From the NCBI GenBank assembly GCA_902612225.1, contig CACMCS010000003.1, positions 1,983 through 65,982 on the forward strand: a stretch of DNA of 64,000 bases, written 5' to 3'. The stretch comes from an uncultured Pelagibacteraceae bacterium. GTDB lineage: Bacteria; Pseudomonadota; Alphaproteobacteria; Pelagibacterales; Pelagibacteraceae. Every line of letters begins with the position of its first letter. The first letter of the stretch is position 1. The position numbers and the translations under genes are program-made. A model generated the notes under the pieces. It was not told where the DNA came from and did not search any database. It saw only the letters and a program-made list of their open reading frames with translations. Positions 16,924 to 28,032 of the stretch are shown here, in pieces.

Positions 16924-17532
16924 TTAGTTGTATTTTTTTGATATAACTATTTGATCAATATCAGTTTCTAAGCCACCAATACATGAAACAGGGTTTACCT
17001 GTTCATTAAGAGCTAGTTCTTTGGTTGGACGTAAAGTTATTTCTAGTTTTACTAAGTTTACTAATTCCTCTCTAATTTCTTCATCATATCTCCAGCTTGG
17101 CCATGAACTTGGGGTTGAAAATATAGAGGTTAAATAGCTTGTAGCCATAGTATATCTATAATTACTCAAATTTTCATTCCTCAATAAAAAATCTCTTACA
17201 GAATTAAAAATATTCCTACATCTAAAAGAATCTGAAAAATAATTTTCCTTCTTGAGATTTCTATTCATAGGAACAGAAACAATTAAATCAATTGAATTTT
17301 TAGAATACGAGGTAACTACGTCTGTATAAAATTCAGCTTCAGTAACTTCTAAATGATCTTTAATAGAAGGATATGAAGTTTTCAAATCTGCCTCTAATCT
17401 AAAAATTCCAATATCAAAAACTGTAAGTTGCTGATTTCTTAATAATGTTGTGATATCTTTAGAAAAAACACTTGTTGTTATAGAGCTTAATAAAAAAGCA
17501 AAAATCAAAATATTTTTGAATATTTTAACCAT
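16924..17532 (-). CDS. Hypothetical exported protein between phoR and pstS
   Basis: 202-aa ORF with N-terminal signal peptide and two Cys; no family recognised. Confidence 0.75.
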   Translation of the reverse strand: MVKIFKNILIFAFLLSSITTSVFSKDITTLLRNQQLTVFDIGIFRLEADLKTSYPSIKDHLEVTEAEFYTDVVTSYSKNSIDLIVSVPMNRNLKKENYFSDSFRCRNIFNSVRDFLLRNENLSNYRYTMATSYLTSIFSTPSSWPSWRYDEEIREELVNLVKLEITLRPTKELALNEQVNPVSCIGGLETDIDQIVISKKYN

Positions 17533-17623
17533 ATAAAAAAATTAATTAAAAGATTAACATTAATCAAGTAAAGAATTGTTAAAAAAACCTTCTAAAACTA
17601 TTACAATATAATATTTTTTAAAT

Positions 17624-18769
17624 TTAAGTTTTCGCTGGTAAATAAATTTGAATTTCAGTTCCTTGGTTTTCCTCACTTAGAATCTCATAGTGTCCACGAT
17701 GTTGAGTAACTATATGTTTAACAATAGCTAATCCTAAACCGGTTCCACCAACCTTGTTACTTTGTTCAAGATCTACCCTAAAAAATCTTTCTGTAATTCT
17801 AGAAATATATCTTTGAGGAATGCCAACACCTTCGTCTTTAATACTGATCATAAAATTTTTTTCTAACAATTTACCATCGCTAATTTTGCTTGATATAAAA
17901 ATAGACTTATTTTCCTTTGAGTACTTAATTGCATTATCTAAAAGATTAGAAAAAACAGTTTGTAATTTTTTTTCATCTCCAATAACAACTGTTGGATTGG
18001 CGAGAGATAAATTAATATTTAATTTCTTTCTTTTTAAAATAATCTCAAAATTACTGATGATTGTTTTGAAAAGATCATTTATATCAACTAAAGAGTTTGG
18101 CCTTATGTGTTCTTCTAATTCAATTCTTGTGAGTATTAAAAGATCATTAATTAAATTTTCCATTCTATTTGATTGATCAGTCATTATTTTCATAAATTTT
18201 TTTTTAGCCTTTTCATCATCAGACGCTGGGCCCTCAATTGTTTCTAGTGATCCTTTGATTGCCATTAAAGGTGTTCTTAATTCATGGCTTACATTTGCTA
18301 CAAAATCAGTTTTAAATTTTTGTGCTTTTGTAATTTCAGTAAAATCTTTTAAAAATAACACAACGGAGTCTGGTTCAGTAAACAAATGAGTTGGGCCAGG
18401 AATAATATAAATTTTATAGAATTGATATGATGGGAGGTCTATTTCAACATCGATATTTTTTGTTTTATTTTCTACGATAGCTTTTTCAATATTTTCTATT
18501 AATTCTGGTTTTCGAATTATAGAAGATATGTTTTTATCAATTAAATTACTTCCAAATCTTTTTAATGCACTTGGATTGGCATATTTAATTATGTTAAATT
18601 TATTTAATGCAAAAAATTGATCTTCAAGCTCATCAATAATTACTCTTTTTGTTTTTTCTTCTCTTTTATTAACTATTGTAGCGGTATTTATTGATTTATT
18701 TTTTTTTTGATTAAGTAAATAGAGAAGATAAACTATCACAACTATAAGTAGAATGACGAAATATTCCAT
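17624..18769 (-). CDS. phoR: Phosphate regulon sensor histidine kinase
   Basis: One N-terminal TM, PAS-like region, FVANVSHELRTPL, NLLDNAIKY, RITERFFRVD and GTGLGL. Confidence 0.93.
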   Translation of the reverse strand: MEYFVILLIVVIVYLLYLLNQKKNKSINTATIVNKREEKTKRVIIDELEDQFFALNKFNIIKYANPSALKRFGSNLIDKNISSIIRKPELIENIEKAIVENKTKNIDVEIDLPSYQFYKIYIIPGPTHLFTEPDSVVLFLKDFTEITKAQKFKTDFVANVSHELRTPLMAIKGSLETIEGPASDDEKAKKKFMKIMTDQSNRMENLINDLLILTRIELEEHIRPNSLVDINDLFKTIISNFEIILKRKKLNINLSLANPTVVIGDEKKLQTVFSNLLDNAIKYSKENKSIFISSKISDGKLLEKNFMISIKDEGVGIPQRYISRITERFFRVDLEQSNKVGGTGLGLAIVKHIVTQHRGHYEILSEENQGTEIQIYLPAKT

Positions 18770-18834
18770 AAATTTAGATGGCTTAATTTTGCATCATTAC
18801 ACTTTTTAATGCAAATAAATTAAGGAAAAATTAA

Positions 18835-19842
18835 CTAATGATTTGGTGAAATATTGTTAAAAAATATTTTTGCTGTTTCTTCCCAAGTGAATTTTTTTGC
18901 AAATTCAAGACAATCATTTCTGTCAACTTTTAAAGCTTTTTGTGCTGACACTTTAAGATCATCATCTAAACAATTTATTTTGGATCCTTCAAATATATCT
19001 TTAGGACCTGGAACAGGATACGCAGCAACAGGTGTTCCGCAATTTAAAGCTTCTGTAACTACAATTCCAAATGTATCTGTTTTACTAGGGAAAACAAAAA
19101 CATCAGAGGATGCAAAATGTGATGCTAATTCACCATTTGTTTTTTCTCCTAAAAAAATATCTTTAGGGAATTCTTTTTTCAATTTTTTTAAATCAGGTCC
19201 TTTTCCTATAATTATTTTTGTACCTTCTAAATCACATTCTAAAAAAGCTCTTATGTTTTTTTCAACTGCAACTCTTCCAACATAAATCCAAATAGGTCTT
19301 TTATGAGGTAAATCAATTTTTTTAGGGTTCTTAAAAGCTCCATGATTTCCTCCTCTAGTCCAAGTAATCATTTTATTGTCATCTATACCTATATCGATTA
19401 ATTCTTTTCTCATAGACTCTGTAGTTACTAAAATTCTCTCAGCCTTATTATGAAAATTTGCTAAGAATTTTTCAGCCCATTTTGCTGGTATAATAGGAAA
19501 GTAAAGTTTTAGATATTTATCAAATCTTGTATGGAAACTCGTAGTAAACTTTAGATTATTTTTTAAACAATATCTTCTTGCCATAGTGCCTATCGGGCCT
19601 TCGGTAGCGATATGAATTGCATCTGGATTGATTTTCTTTATTAAATTACCAACTCTTGGCCATACATTTATAGACAACTTAATTTCATTATATTTCGGCA
19701 TCGGAAAAGTAAAAAATAAGTCAGGTGTAATATATTCTATTCTATGACCTTGTTCTTTTAATACATTACCTGTTTCATGTAAGGTTCTTACTACACCATT
19801 TACTTGTGGAAAATATGCATCTGTAGCAATTAAAATTTTCAT
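18835..19842 (-). CDS. agt: GT4 glycosyltransferase, Agt-like glycolipid (glucosyl/glucuronosyl-DAG) synthase
   Basis: TDAYFPQVNGVV, HIATEGP, VGRVAVEKN and FPSKTDTFG motifs; directly downstream of plcP. Confidence 0.8.
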   Translation of the reverse strand: MKILIATDAYFPQVNGVVRTLHETGNVLKEQGHRIEYITPDLFFTFPMPKYNEIKLSINVWPRVGNLIKKINPDAIHIATEGPIGTMARRYCLKNNLKFTTSFHTRFDKYLKLYFPIIPAKWAEKFLANFHNKAERILVTTESMRKELIDIGIDDNKMITWTRGGNHGAFKNPKKIDLPHKRPIWIYVGRVAVEKNIRAFLECDLEGTKIIIGKGPDLKKLKKEFPKDIFLGEKTNGELASHFASSDVFVFPSKTDTFGIVVTEALNCGTPVAAYPVPGPKDIFEGSKINCLDDDLKVSAQKALKVDRNDCLEFAKKFTWEETAKIFFNNISPNH

Positions 19843-19845
19843 TAA

Positions 19846-20658
19846 TTATGAAGCTTTTTTTAATTCTTCAGTTTTAATTGGTTTAATTATTTCTTTATCG
19901 TCTAAATATTGTTCTCTTATTTTGTCCCAATATAATATTTCAAAACTACCATCATAATTTTCGGCTAATGCGGTACAAGATTCAACCCAGTCTCCACAAT
20001 TTAAATAATTGACCCCATTAAAGTCTCTATCCTCAGCATGATGGATGTGGCCACAAATAATTCCATCAAATTTTTTTCTTTTTGCATAATCTGAAAGTGT
20101 TTTTTCATATTCACCAATATATTTAACTGCATTTTTGACTTTATACTTTAAAAATTTTGCAAGAGACCAATATTCTTTTCCTCTCAATCTTCTAAAAAAG
20201 TTAATTATTACATTTAATTTTAATAGTAAATTATAGGCTATTGATCCAAGTTTAGATAACCATTTAGCATGTTTCATAACACCATCCCAAGCATCACCAT
20301 GAACAACAACATATTTTTTTCCTGCATTTGTTTCATGAATAACTCTATTAACCATATGGATGTCACCAAAATGCATTGGAATAAATTTTCTTAACATTTC
20401 GTCATGATTACCCATTATGTAGAAAACTTTGGTACCATGTCTAGCTTTTCTTAAAATTTTTTGGATTACATCATTATGTTCTTGAGGCCAAAAAAAACTT
20501 TTTTGCATTTCCCAGATATCTATAATGTCCCCTACAAGATAAAGATTTTCGGATCTTGAGTTTTTAAAAAACTCTAAAAGTTTTTTCGCCTGACAACCCT
20601 TGGTACCTAAATGAACATCAGAAATAAATATACTTTTATATTTAAGTAAATTAGGCAT
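19846..20658 (-). CDS. plcP: PlcP-type phospholipase C (LpxH-like metallophosphoesterase)
   Basis: SDVHLG, VGDIID, GNHDE, HGD, CGHIH and NCGDWVES motifs; Pho context; LpxI elsewhere in the window covers the lipid A step. Confidence 0.85.
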   Translation of the reverse strand: MPNLLKYKSIFISDVHLGTKGCQAKKLLEFFKNSRSENLYLVGDIIDIWEMQKSFFWPQEHNDVIQKILRKARHGTKVFYIMGNHDEMLRKFIPMHFGDIHMVNRVIHETNAGKKYVVVHGDAWDGVMKHAKWLSKLGSIAYNLLLKLNVIINFFRRLRGKEYWSLAKFLKYKVKNAVKYIGEYEKTLSDYAKRKKFDGIICGHIHHAEDRDFNGVNYLNCGDWVESCTALAENYDGSFEILYWDKIREQYLDDKEIIKPIKTEELKKAS

Positions 20659-20671
20659 TTAAAGACCTATA

Positions 20672-20738
20672 TTTTAATACAACTGTAACACGAATCATGT
20701 ACTTCTTATTTCATTTGAATGTTACAAATTTGTTAAAA
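20672..20738. promoter_or_regulatory. Two oppositely oriented putative Pho boxes in the plcP / DAG-kinase divergent region
   Basis: + strand TTTTAAT-ACAA-CTGTAAC (20672-20689); - strand TTTTAAC-AAAT-TTGTAAC (20738-20721). Confidence 0.65.
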
Positions 20739-20756
20739 ATTTTTTAAGGATTAATT

Positions 20757-21641
20757 ATGTTATGTTGTTTGATTTATAATTTGAATTCTTCCTCTGGAAG
20801 AAAATCTATATTCATAAATAGGATTTTATCTAAGTTAAAAGAGAATATTTCTGTAGACTACTTTGAAACAAAAACAATAAATCAAGCTAAGAAAATTTTC
20901 AAAAATTTTAATCAAAAAAATTATGATCGACTAATAGTAGCTGGTGGTGATGGTTCAGTTTCTTTTGCAATTAATGAATTAATTAAAAATAATTTTGATT
21001 TTAAAGACGATTTTGCCATAGGTTATATTCCTGCTGGCACTGCAAATTTGCTTCAAGCTGAATTATCAATGAATAAAAAAGTTGATGATATAGTAAATGT
21101 GTTGGTTTCTAATAATTATAAATCCTCTAATCTTGTAAAAATTAACGATAATTATTTCTTTTTAATGGCTGGTATAGGATGGGATGCAAAAATTGTTCAT
21201 TCAATTAATTCAAAAATTAAAAAGTTTCTAGGTAAAATTATATTTGGTATCAAAGGTTTTCAATATTTCTTGTTTATGAATAATAAAAAATTAAATGTCA
21301 CTTTTGATGATCAATTTTATCAAGCAGACTGGATATTATCTTCAAATACCAAATATTACGCTGGACATCATAAAATAAATAAAACAAATATTTTTGAAGA
21401 TAAATTAGTCACCTATATATTTAAAGATTTGACTAGGATTAGTTTATTATATTCAATATTTTTAATAATTCTTAATGGTGATTTAAGTAAAAATAAAAAT
21501 GTTATTACTACTTATGCACAAAACATTACAATTGATGGAAATGATTTGATGCCTGTTCAAATTGATGGAGATAATTTTGGCTCACATAAAAAAATTCATT
21601 TAAATCTATCAAATAAAAAAGTGAATTTTCTTGTAAAATAA
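20757..21641 (+). CDS. Diacylglycerol/lipid kinase family protein (YegS/DgkB-like)
   Basis: AGGDGS, IPAGTAN, GIGWDA and QIDGD motifs. Confidence 0.88.
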   Translation: MLCCLIYNLNSSSGRKSIFINRILSKLKENISVDYFETKTINQAKKIFKNFNQKNYDRLIVAGGDGSVSFAINELIKNNFDFKDDFAIGYIPAGTANLLQAELSMNKKVDDIVNVLVSNNYKSSNLVKINDNYFFLMAGIGWDAKIVHSINSKIKKFLGKIIFGIKGFQYFLFMNNKKLNVTFDDQFYQADWILSSNTKYYAGHHKINKTNIFEDKLVTYIFKDLTRISLLYSIFLIILNGDLSKNKNVITTYAQNITIDGNDLMPVQIDGDNFGSHKKIHLNLSNKKVNFLVK

Positions 21642-22835
21642 TTATTTTACTCTTCCATAAACATCTTGGTATCTGACTATATCAGTTTCTTTTAAAATTG
21701 AGCCTACTTGTGCTTCAATTATTTTTACTGGTTTTTTATATGGGTTTTCTATTCTATGGATTGCACCTAATGGTATAAAAATAGTTTCATCAGGTTTCAT
21801 GGTAAAATATTTTTTATTTAACGTAATTTTAGGTTTACCTTGGGTTACTACCCAGTGTTCAGCTCTATGATGATGTTTCTGAAGACTTAATATACCCTTA
21901 GGTTTTACATATAATTCTTTAATCAAAAATTCTTTACCATTAAATAAATTAACATAACTACCCCAAGGTCTATGAAATACATTCTTCTTCTTATAATAAT
22001 GTCTTTTATTTCGTCCATACATCTTACAGATTTCTTTCCAAGATCCTAAATCAGACCAAGGAATATCTAATTTGATAGCATTTATATCTCTCGTTTTTTC
22101 TAATATTGCATAGTCAAAAGACTTTGCTGTTGCTTTGGTGAATGCTTGTTTGTTTAAATAATACACATTACTTTTATATTTTGCTTTTTTTACAGCTTTA
22201 TTACAATTTCGGTAAATATTTGGTTGGTATTTCTTGAAATTATTAATTATTGAATCTTTTCTCAAATAAAACATTCCAGAATTCCAATAACCTTTTTTAC
22301 TAATTATTTGTTTAGCTTTAGCCGCTTTTGGTTTTTCTATAAATCTAGTTACTTTAGTATTTTTTGTTAAAAAATAGCCAAACTCACTTGAAGGCATTGT
22401 GGGCTTAATTCCAAAGATAAAGATATTATTATGAGTAAGTTTTTTTTGGTTTTTTTTTATAGCTTTATTAAATAATGCAACCTTCTCTATCAAATGATCA
22501 GCAGCCAAGAACATTAAAGGTTGTTCGCTAGGTATATCTTTTATTAATGCTGTGCTTAATATAGCTGGTGCGGTATTTCTTTTAGCTGGTTCTAAAACTA
22601 TCTTGAATTTTCCTATTTTGTGTTTCTTTAGATGTTGTTTTACTTGGTTTAAATATTTTGCATTAGTACTTATTATTGGAGCATCATATATTGATGCTTT
22701 AACTCTTTCTAAAGTTTTGCCCAGCAAAGTCCAATTACCGAAATCTATAAATTGTTTTGCTTGATGTTTTTTAGCGTTAGGCCAAAGTCTTGTTCCAGCG
22801 CCACCACATAAAATAACAGGGCGAATTTTCATCAA
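21642..22835 (-). CDS. manC: Mannose-1-phosphate guanylyltransferase / mannose-6-phosphate isomerase (short form)
   Basis: [33 protein letters not shown] and [12 protein letters not shown] motifs. Confidence 0.9.
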   Translation of the reverse strand: MMKIRPVILCGGAGTRLWPNAKKHQAKQFIDFGNWTLLGKTLERVKASIYDAPIISTNAKYLNQVKQHLKKHKIGKFKIVLEPAKRNTAPAILSTALIKDIPSEQPLMFLAADHLIEKVALFNKAIKKNQKKLTHNNIFIFGIKPTMPSSEFGYFLTKNTKVTRFIEKPKAAKAKQIISKKGYWNSGMFYLRKDSIINNFKKYQPNIYRNCNKAVKKAKYKSNVYYLNKQAFTKATAKSFDYAILEKTRDINAIKLDIPWSDLGSWKEICKMYGRNKRHYYKKKNVFHRPWGSYVNLFNGKEFLIKELYVKPKGILSLQKHHHRAEHWVVTQGKPKITLNKKYFTMKPDETIFIPLGAIHRIENPYKKPVKIIEAQVGSILKETDIVRYQDVYGRVK

Positions 22836-24550
22836 ATTTTTGAATAATCCTTAACTTCGTTTTTCTTACCTGGATGTGTTGGTGCTCCTAAATATGCAGG
22901 TCCTACAGTTTGTGCGTATTTCCAAAGAGTTCCTGATCCAAAATCAGATTTTCTAGCCTTCCATTTTCTTTTTCTTGAAGCTAATTGTGCTCTAGTTAAT
23001 CGAACATTAATTGTTCCCTTCTTAGCATCAATATCAATAATATCTCCATTCCGTAATAGAGCGATCGGTCCACCTAATGCAGCCTCTGGTCCTACATGGC
23101 CTACACAAAATCCCCGAGTTGCTCCAGAGAATCTTCCATCAGTTATTAAAGCAACTTTTTCTCCTTTGCCTTGTCCATAAATTGCACCTGTTGTTGAAAG
23201 CATTTCTCTCATACCTGGTCCACCAACGGGTCCCTCATATCTGATAATAATTACATCACCATCTTTATATTTTCTGCTCTGAACTGCTTTCATTGCACTT
23301 TCTTCATTATCAAAACATCTTGCTCTTCCAGTAAATTGTAATTTTTTAAGTCCAGCAATTTTAACAATTCCTCCTTCAGGAGCCAAGTTACCCTTTAAAC
23401 CAACTACACCACCCGTTGGTGATAAAGGATTTTTAAATGATCTCATTACTTTTTGTTTAGGATTAAATTTAATTCCCTTTAAATTTTCTTTCATTGTTTT
23501 ACCTGTTACGGTCATACAATCTCCATGAATATAACCACCTTCATAAAGAGTTTTTAAAAGCATTGGTACCCCACCTGCTAACCACATATCTTTAGCAACA
23601 TATTTTCCACCTGGTTTTAAGTCGGCAAGATATGGAGTTCTTTTAAATATTTTTGCAACATCCATTAAATCAAATTTAATACCTGCTTCATTTGCTATTG
23701 CCGGAAGATGTAATCCTGCATTTGTTGATCCACCTGTTGCAGCAACAATTGTTGCAGCATTTTCCAAAGCTTTTCTTGTAACTATATCTCTTGGTTTAAT
23801 TTTTTTAGCTAACAATTCCATAACCATTCGACCGCTTGCTTTTGCATATTTATCTCTTTCTTCATATGGCGCTGGTGTTCCAGCAGAGTAAGGTAATGCT
23901 AAACCTATTGCTTCAGATACACAGGCCATAGTATTTGCAGTAAATTGACCACCACAAGCTCCTGCTGTTGGACATGCAACTAATTCTAATTTTCTTAATT
24001 CTTTTGCAGACATTTGTCCTGATGAATGTTTTCCAACCGCTTCAAAAACATCTACAACGGTCACATCTTTGCCTTTGTATTTACCTGGTAATATTGAACC
24101 ACCATATATAAATACGCTTGGAACGTTTAATCTAACCATCGACATCATCAAGCCAGGTAAAGACTTATCACAACCTGCAATACCTACTAAAGCATCATAA
24201 CAGTGTCCTCTAACAGTTAATTCAGCACTATCAGCAATAACCTCTCTTGATATTAATGAGGATTTCATTCCCTCATGCCCCATAGCAATACCGTCTGTTA
24301 CGGTAATTGTACAAAACTCTCTTGGTGTTCCGCCTGATGCTCTTACACCCTTTTTAACAGACTGAGCTTGTCTCATTAAGGCTATATTACAAGGTGCCGC
24401 CTCGTTCCATGTTGACACAACTCCTATAAAAGGTTTGGCAACATCTTTTTCTGTTTCTCCCATTGCATAATAAAAAGACCTATGAGGAGCTCTGTCGGGT
24501 CCTAAAGATGTATGTCGACTTGGTAATTTTTTCTTATTAAATTTCCGCAT
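22832..24550 (-). CDS. ilvD: Dihydroxy-acid dehydratase
   Basis: [28 protein letters not shown] and TDGRFSG motifs. Confidence 0.96.
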   Translation of the reverse strand: MRKFNKKKLPSRHTSLGPDRAPHRSFYYAMGETEKDVAKPFIGVVSTWNEAAPCNIALMRQAQSVKKGVRASGGTPREFCTITVTDGIAMGHEGMKSSLISREVIADSAELTVRGHCYDALVGIAGCDKSLPGLMMSMVRLNVPSVFIYGGSILPGKYKGKDVTVVDVFEAVGKHSSGQMSAKELRKLELVACPTAGACGGQFTANTMACVSEAIGLALPYSAGTPAPYEERDKYAKASGRMVMELLAKKIKPRDIVTRKALENAATIVAATGGSTNAGLHLPAIANEAGIKFDLMDVAKIFKRTPYLADLKPGGKYVAKDMWLAGGVPMLLKTLYEGGYIHGDCMTVTGKTMKENLKGIKFNPKQKVMRSFKNPLSPTGGVVGLKGNLAPEGGIVKIAGLKKLQFTGRARCFDNEESAMKAVQSRKYKDGDVIIIRYEGPVGGPGMREMLSTTGAIYGQGKGEKVALITDGRFSGATRGFCVGHVGPEAALGGPIALLRNGDIIDIDAKKGTINVRLTRAQLASRKRKWKARKSDFGSGTLWKYAQTVGPAYLGAPTHPGKKNEVKDYSKI

Positions 24551-27174
24551 TATAAACTTTCAATTGTTAAAGATATTTTTTTGATATCATTTTTTAAGTT
24601 ACTATAGTTAGTTTTTTCTTGTTCAACAATATTTTTTGGTGCCCGATCAACAAATCCTTTATTTGATAATCGTTGTGAAATCTTATCTAATTCATCTTGG
24701 TATTTTGTTTGTCTTTTTTGTAAATTTTCTTTGATTAAACTTAAATCTACATTTTCATCAAAATAAATCTTGAATATATCGCCTGAAATTACAAGAGTAG
24801 CAGAAGGTCGATCTTGATCCTTTTCAAAAAAATTATTGATACGACCAAGTTTTTTTAAGATTATTTCATTATTATCCATCAAAGATCGATTTTTTTTAGC
24901 TATCTTATTCATAGAAAGATCTACAAATGAACCTGGACTGACATTTAACTCATTTTTAAAAGATCTTAGTTCTGAGATAATATTGATGATTTTCTCTACA
25001 TCCTTTTGAGATTTATCTTTTTTAACTTTTCCTGAAGGCCAGTTTTTGTACATAAGAAAATTCTTATTCGATTTATCAAACTTATTTTTTAACCATATTT
25101 CCTCAGTAACAAACGGGATAAATGGATGAAGCATAATAAGTATTTGTTTAAATACATAAGCTGATACCTCTTTTACCTCTTTTTTTGATTTTTCATCATC
25201 TGAATATAGGATTGTCTTTGAAAGTTCGATATACCAATCACAGTATGAATGCCAAGCAAATTGATAAGCATTTTTGGCTGCCTCATCAAATCGATAATCT
25301 TTTATATTCTTTTGGATTTTATCTTTTATTTCTATCAATTCAGAATAAATCCATTTATTGATATTTAAAGTAGTTTTAGGAACTTTATCGGTCTTGTTAA
25401 AATCACAATTATTTGTGATTAAAAAATTGTTTGCATTCCATAATTTATTTAAAAAATTTCTATAACCTTTAACTCTATCCTCGGAAAGTTTTACATCGGT
25501 TCCAGGTGAAGCCATAGAGAGCAGAGTAAATCGTAAAGCATCTGCACTATATTTTTCGATTAAGTCTAATGGATCAATTACATTGCCTTTAGATTTAGAC
25601 ATTTTTTGTCCTTTTTCATCTCTTACTAAAGCGTGAACATAGATATCTTTAAAAGGTTCTTTATTAAGAAATTCCATTCCAAACATAATCATTCTTGCAA
25701 CCCAGAAAAAAATTATATCAAAACCAGTTACTAAAACTGTGGTTGGATAAAATTTCTTTACGAAATCTTTTTTATCTGGCCATCCTAAAGTTGCAAACGG
25801 CCATAAACCAGATGAAAACCAGGTATCTAATACGTCAGGATCTCTAACTAATTTTACGTCTTTTTTGTAATGCTTCTTAGCTTGCTTGCCTGCTTCTTTT
25901 TCATTTAAAGCAACAAATATTTTATTGTCAGGTCCATACCATGCTGGGATTTGATGACCCCACCACAACTGTCTAGAAACACACCAAGGCTCAATATTGT
26001 TCATCCACTGAAAATAAGTTTTCGACCAATTATTTGGAAAAAAATTTGTTTTTTTTGTTTTAACAATTTTTTTTGCTTTAACTGCTAATTTTTTTGCATC
26101 AACAAACCATTGTTCAGTTAAAAAAGGTTCAATAACAGAATTAGATCTATCTCCATAAGGAACTTTATTTTTTATATTTTCTTCTTTAACAAAATAATCT
26201 TTTTCTTTAAGTTCATTTAATATTTTTTTTCGGGCATCAAATCTATCCAAGCCTACATAATCTTTCGGTGCATTTTCATTTATTTTACCCTCTTCAGTAA
26301 AAACATTTATTATTTCAAGTTTATTTCTCTGTCCTACATCATAATCATTAAAATCATGTGCTGGGGTAATCTTTAATGCTCCTGTTCCCTGTTCTGGATC
26401 TGCATAATTGTCTTTTATTATTTTAATTTTTCTACCTACAATAGGTATAGTAACTGTTTTACCGACAAAACTTTTGTATCTTTTATCTTTTGGATTAACT
26501 GCAATAGCTGTATCCCCAAGCATAGTCTCGGGCCTGGTTGTGGCTATAGTGATAAACTCTGATGATTTATCTATTGGGTACCTAATGTAGTATATCTTAG
26601 AGTTCATTTCTCTTTGATCTACCTCTAAATCTGAAATTGCGGTTTTTAATACTGTATCCCAATTTACTAATTTTTCTGCTTTATAGATCAATTTCTTTTT
26701 ATGTAACTCCACAAAAACTTTAATTACAGATTTTGATAAATTTTCATCCATGGTAAATGCATTTCTGGACCAATCACATGAACAGCCAAGTTTTTTTAAT
26801 TGATTGATAATTATATCACCGTACTGATTTTTCCAATCCCAAACCTTTTCTATAAACTTTTCTCTTCCAAGAGTATTTTTATCTAAATTTTCATTTTCAA
26901 GTTTTCTCTCAACAAGTGCTTGGGTAGCAATACCAGCATGATCTGTACCTGGTTGCCATAAGGTTTCATAATTATTCATGCGATAATATCGAACCAGCAT
27001 ATCTTGAATTGAATTATTTAAAGCATGCCCCATATGTAAACTTCCCGTTACATTTGGTGGAGGAATTACAACTGAAAATTTTTTAGAGTTTTTTTGAGGT
27101 TCAAATAGTTTATTTTTTTCCCAATATGAATAAATCTTATCTTCTACATTGGAATGTATATATTTATCACTCAT
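24550..27174 (-). CDS. valS: Valine--tRNA ligase
   Basis: [21 protein letters not shown] and KMSKS motifs; C-terminal coiled coil. Confidence 0.98.
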   Translation of the reverse strand: MSDKYIHSNVEDKIYSYWEKNKLFEPQKNSKKFSVVIPPPNVTGSLHMGHALNNSIQDMLVRYYRMNNYETLWQPGTDHAGIATQALVERKLENENLDKNTLGREKFIEKVWDWKNQYGDIIINQLKKLGCSCDWSRNAFTMDENLSKSVIKVFVELHKKKLIYKAEKLVNWDTVLKTAISDLEVDQREMNSKIYYIRYPIDKSSEFITIATTRPETMLGDTAIAVNPKDKRYKSFVGKTVTIPIVGRKIKIIKDNYADPEQGTGALKITPAHDFNDYDVGQRNKLEIINVFTEEGKINENAPKDYVGLDRFDARKKILNELKEKDYFVKEENIKNKVPYGDRSNSVIEPFLTEQWFVDAKKLAVKAKKIVKTKKTNFFPNNWSKTYFQWMNNIEPWCVSRQLWWGHQIPAWYGPDNKIFVALNEKEAGKQAKKHYKKDVKLVRDPDVLDTWFSSGLWPFATLGWPDKKDFVKKFYPTTVLVTGFDIIFFWVARMIMFGMEFLNKEPFKDIYVHALVRDEKGQKMSKSKGNVIDPLDLIEKYSADALRFTLLSMASPGTDVKLSEDRVKGYRNFLNKLWNANNFLITNNCDFNKTDKVPKTTLNINKWIYSELIEIKDKIQKNIKDYRFDEAAKNAYQFAWHSYCDWYIELSKTILYSDDEKSKKEVKEVSAYVFKQILIMLHPFIPFVTEEIWLKNKFDKSNKNFLMYKNWPSGKVKKDKSQKDVEKIINIISELRSFKNELNVSPGSFVDLSMNKIAKKNRSLMDNNEIILKKLGRINNFFEKDQDRPSATLVISGDIFKIYFDENVDLSLIKENLQKRQTKYQDELDKISQRLSNKGFVDRAPKNIVEQEKTNYSNLKNDIKKISLTIESL

Positions 27175-27297
27175 ATTGGATATGATTAGTTTATAATTTA
27201 TTAATCTAAATTAACAATAATCAAATTAAAACGTTATTTAATAGACTAATCTTTAAAATTTAATATAAAACTGATGTAGCTATCATCTAAAACATAA

Positions 27298-27371
27298 GGC
27301 AACGTGGCGGAATGGTTACGCAGAGGATTGCAAATCCTTGTATCCCGGTTCGATTCCGGGCGTTGCCTCCA
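27298..27371 (+). tRNA. tRNA-Cys(GCA)
   Basis: GGCAACG/CGTTGCC acceptor stem, GCA anticodon, GTTCGA T-loop, encoded CCA. Confidence 0.96.
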
Positions 27372-27420
27372 AAAAAAATCTTGTTTTAGTTAGAAAAAAA
27401 AGTAAGTTTGCCTTTTACAT

Positions 27421-27496
27421 TCCTCGGTAGCTCAGTTGGTAGAGCAGTTGACTGTTAATCAATTGGTCGCAGGTTCGAGTCCTGCCCGAGGAGCCA
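27421..27496 (+). tRNA. tRNA-Asn(GTT)
   Basis: TCCTCGG/CCGAGGA acceptor stem, CTGTTAA anticodon loop, encoded CCA. Confidence 0.97.
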
Positions 27497-27500
27497 AATT

Positions 27501-27869
27501 TTACCCAACTTTTGAAATATTATTTGAAACTTGTAATGATTTGTTAAATTTCAATTTTTGATCAGCATTAAGTTCAGAATATAATTTAACTAAGAAATTA
27601 TAGTTCACATTCATATGACCCTCTTGAGATTTTTCTAAATTGACCAAGTATTCTGAAAAATCTTCAAAGAAATAGTTTATCGGAACTTTAAGATAATTTG
27701 ATAACTGTAATAATCTTATCGAACTAACTCCGTTAGTACCTTTTTCGTATTTTTGTATTTGTTGAAATGTGACGTTGATTGCTTTTGCTACTTTTGTTTG
27801 TGTTAAACCTAAAGCTAACCTTCTAAGCTTAAGCTTATTGCCTAAATGCTTATTAAAATTATCTTCCAT
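27501..27869 (-). CDS. XRE-family HTH transcriptional regulator (PraR/PhrR-like)
   Basis: VTFQQIQKYEKGTN motif. Confidence 0.88.
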   Translation of the reverse strand: MEDNFNKHLGNKLKLRRLALGLTQTKVAKAINVTFQQIQKYEKGTNGVSSIRLLQLSNYLKVPINYFFEDFSEYLVNLEKSQEGHMNVNYNFLVKLYSELNADQKLKFNKSLQVSNNISKVG

Positions 27870-28032
27870 TAAGACCCCTCTTAATTTTTATTAAAAACAG
27901 ATTGAACAAGTTTTTAATCTCGACTGCAACAATATTATTTTTTTATTTCCTCGGAAAAAACCTAAATACCAAAAATATGTCAAGCAATACTTGAGGGATA
28001 TTTTGATAAATATTCCTTGAAATTACTGGTAT

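Noticed and set aside
18788-18815. Possible Pho box upstream of phoR
   Set aside because: Only one good half-site (GTGTAAT); better described as a weak TTTGCAT...ATGCAAA inverted repeat of unclear role
19846-20658. Annotation as LpxH of lipid A synthesis
   Set aside because: LpxI is present in the lpx operon, and the GT4 neighbour and Pho context indicate PlcP
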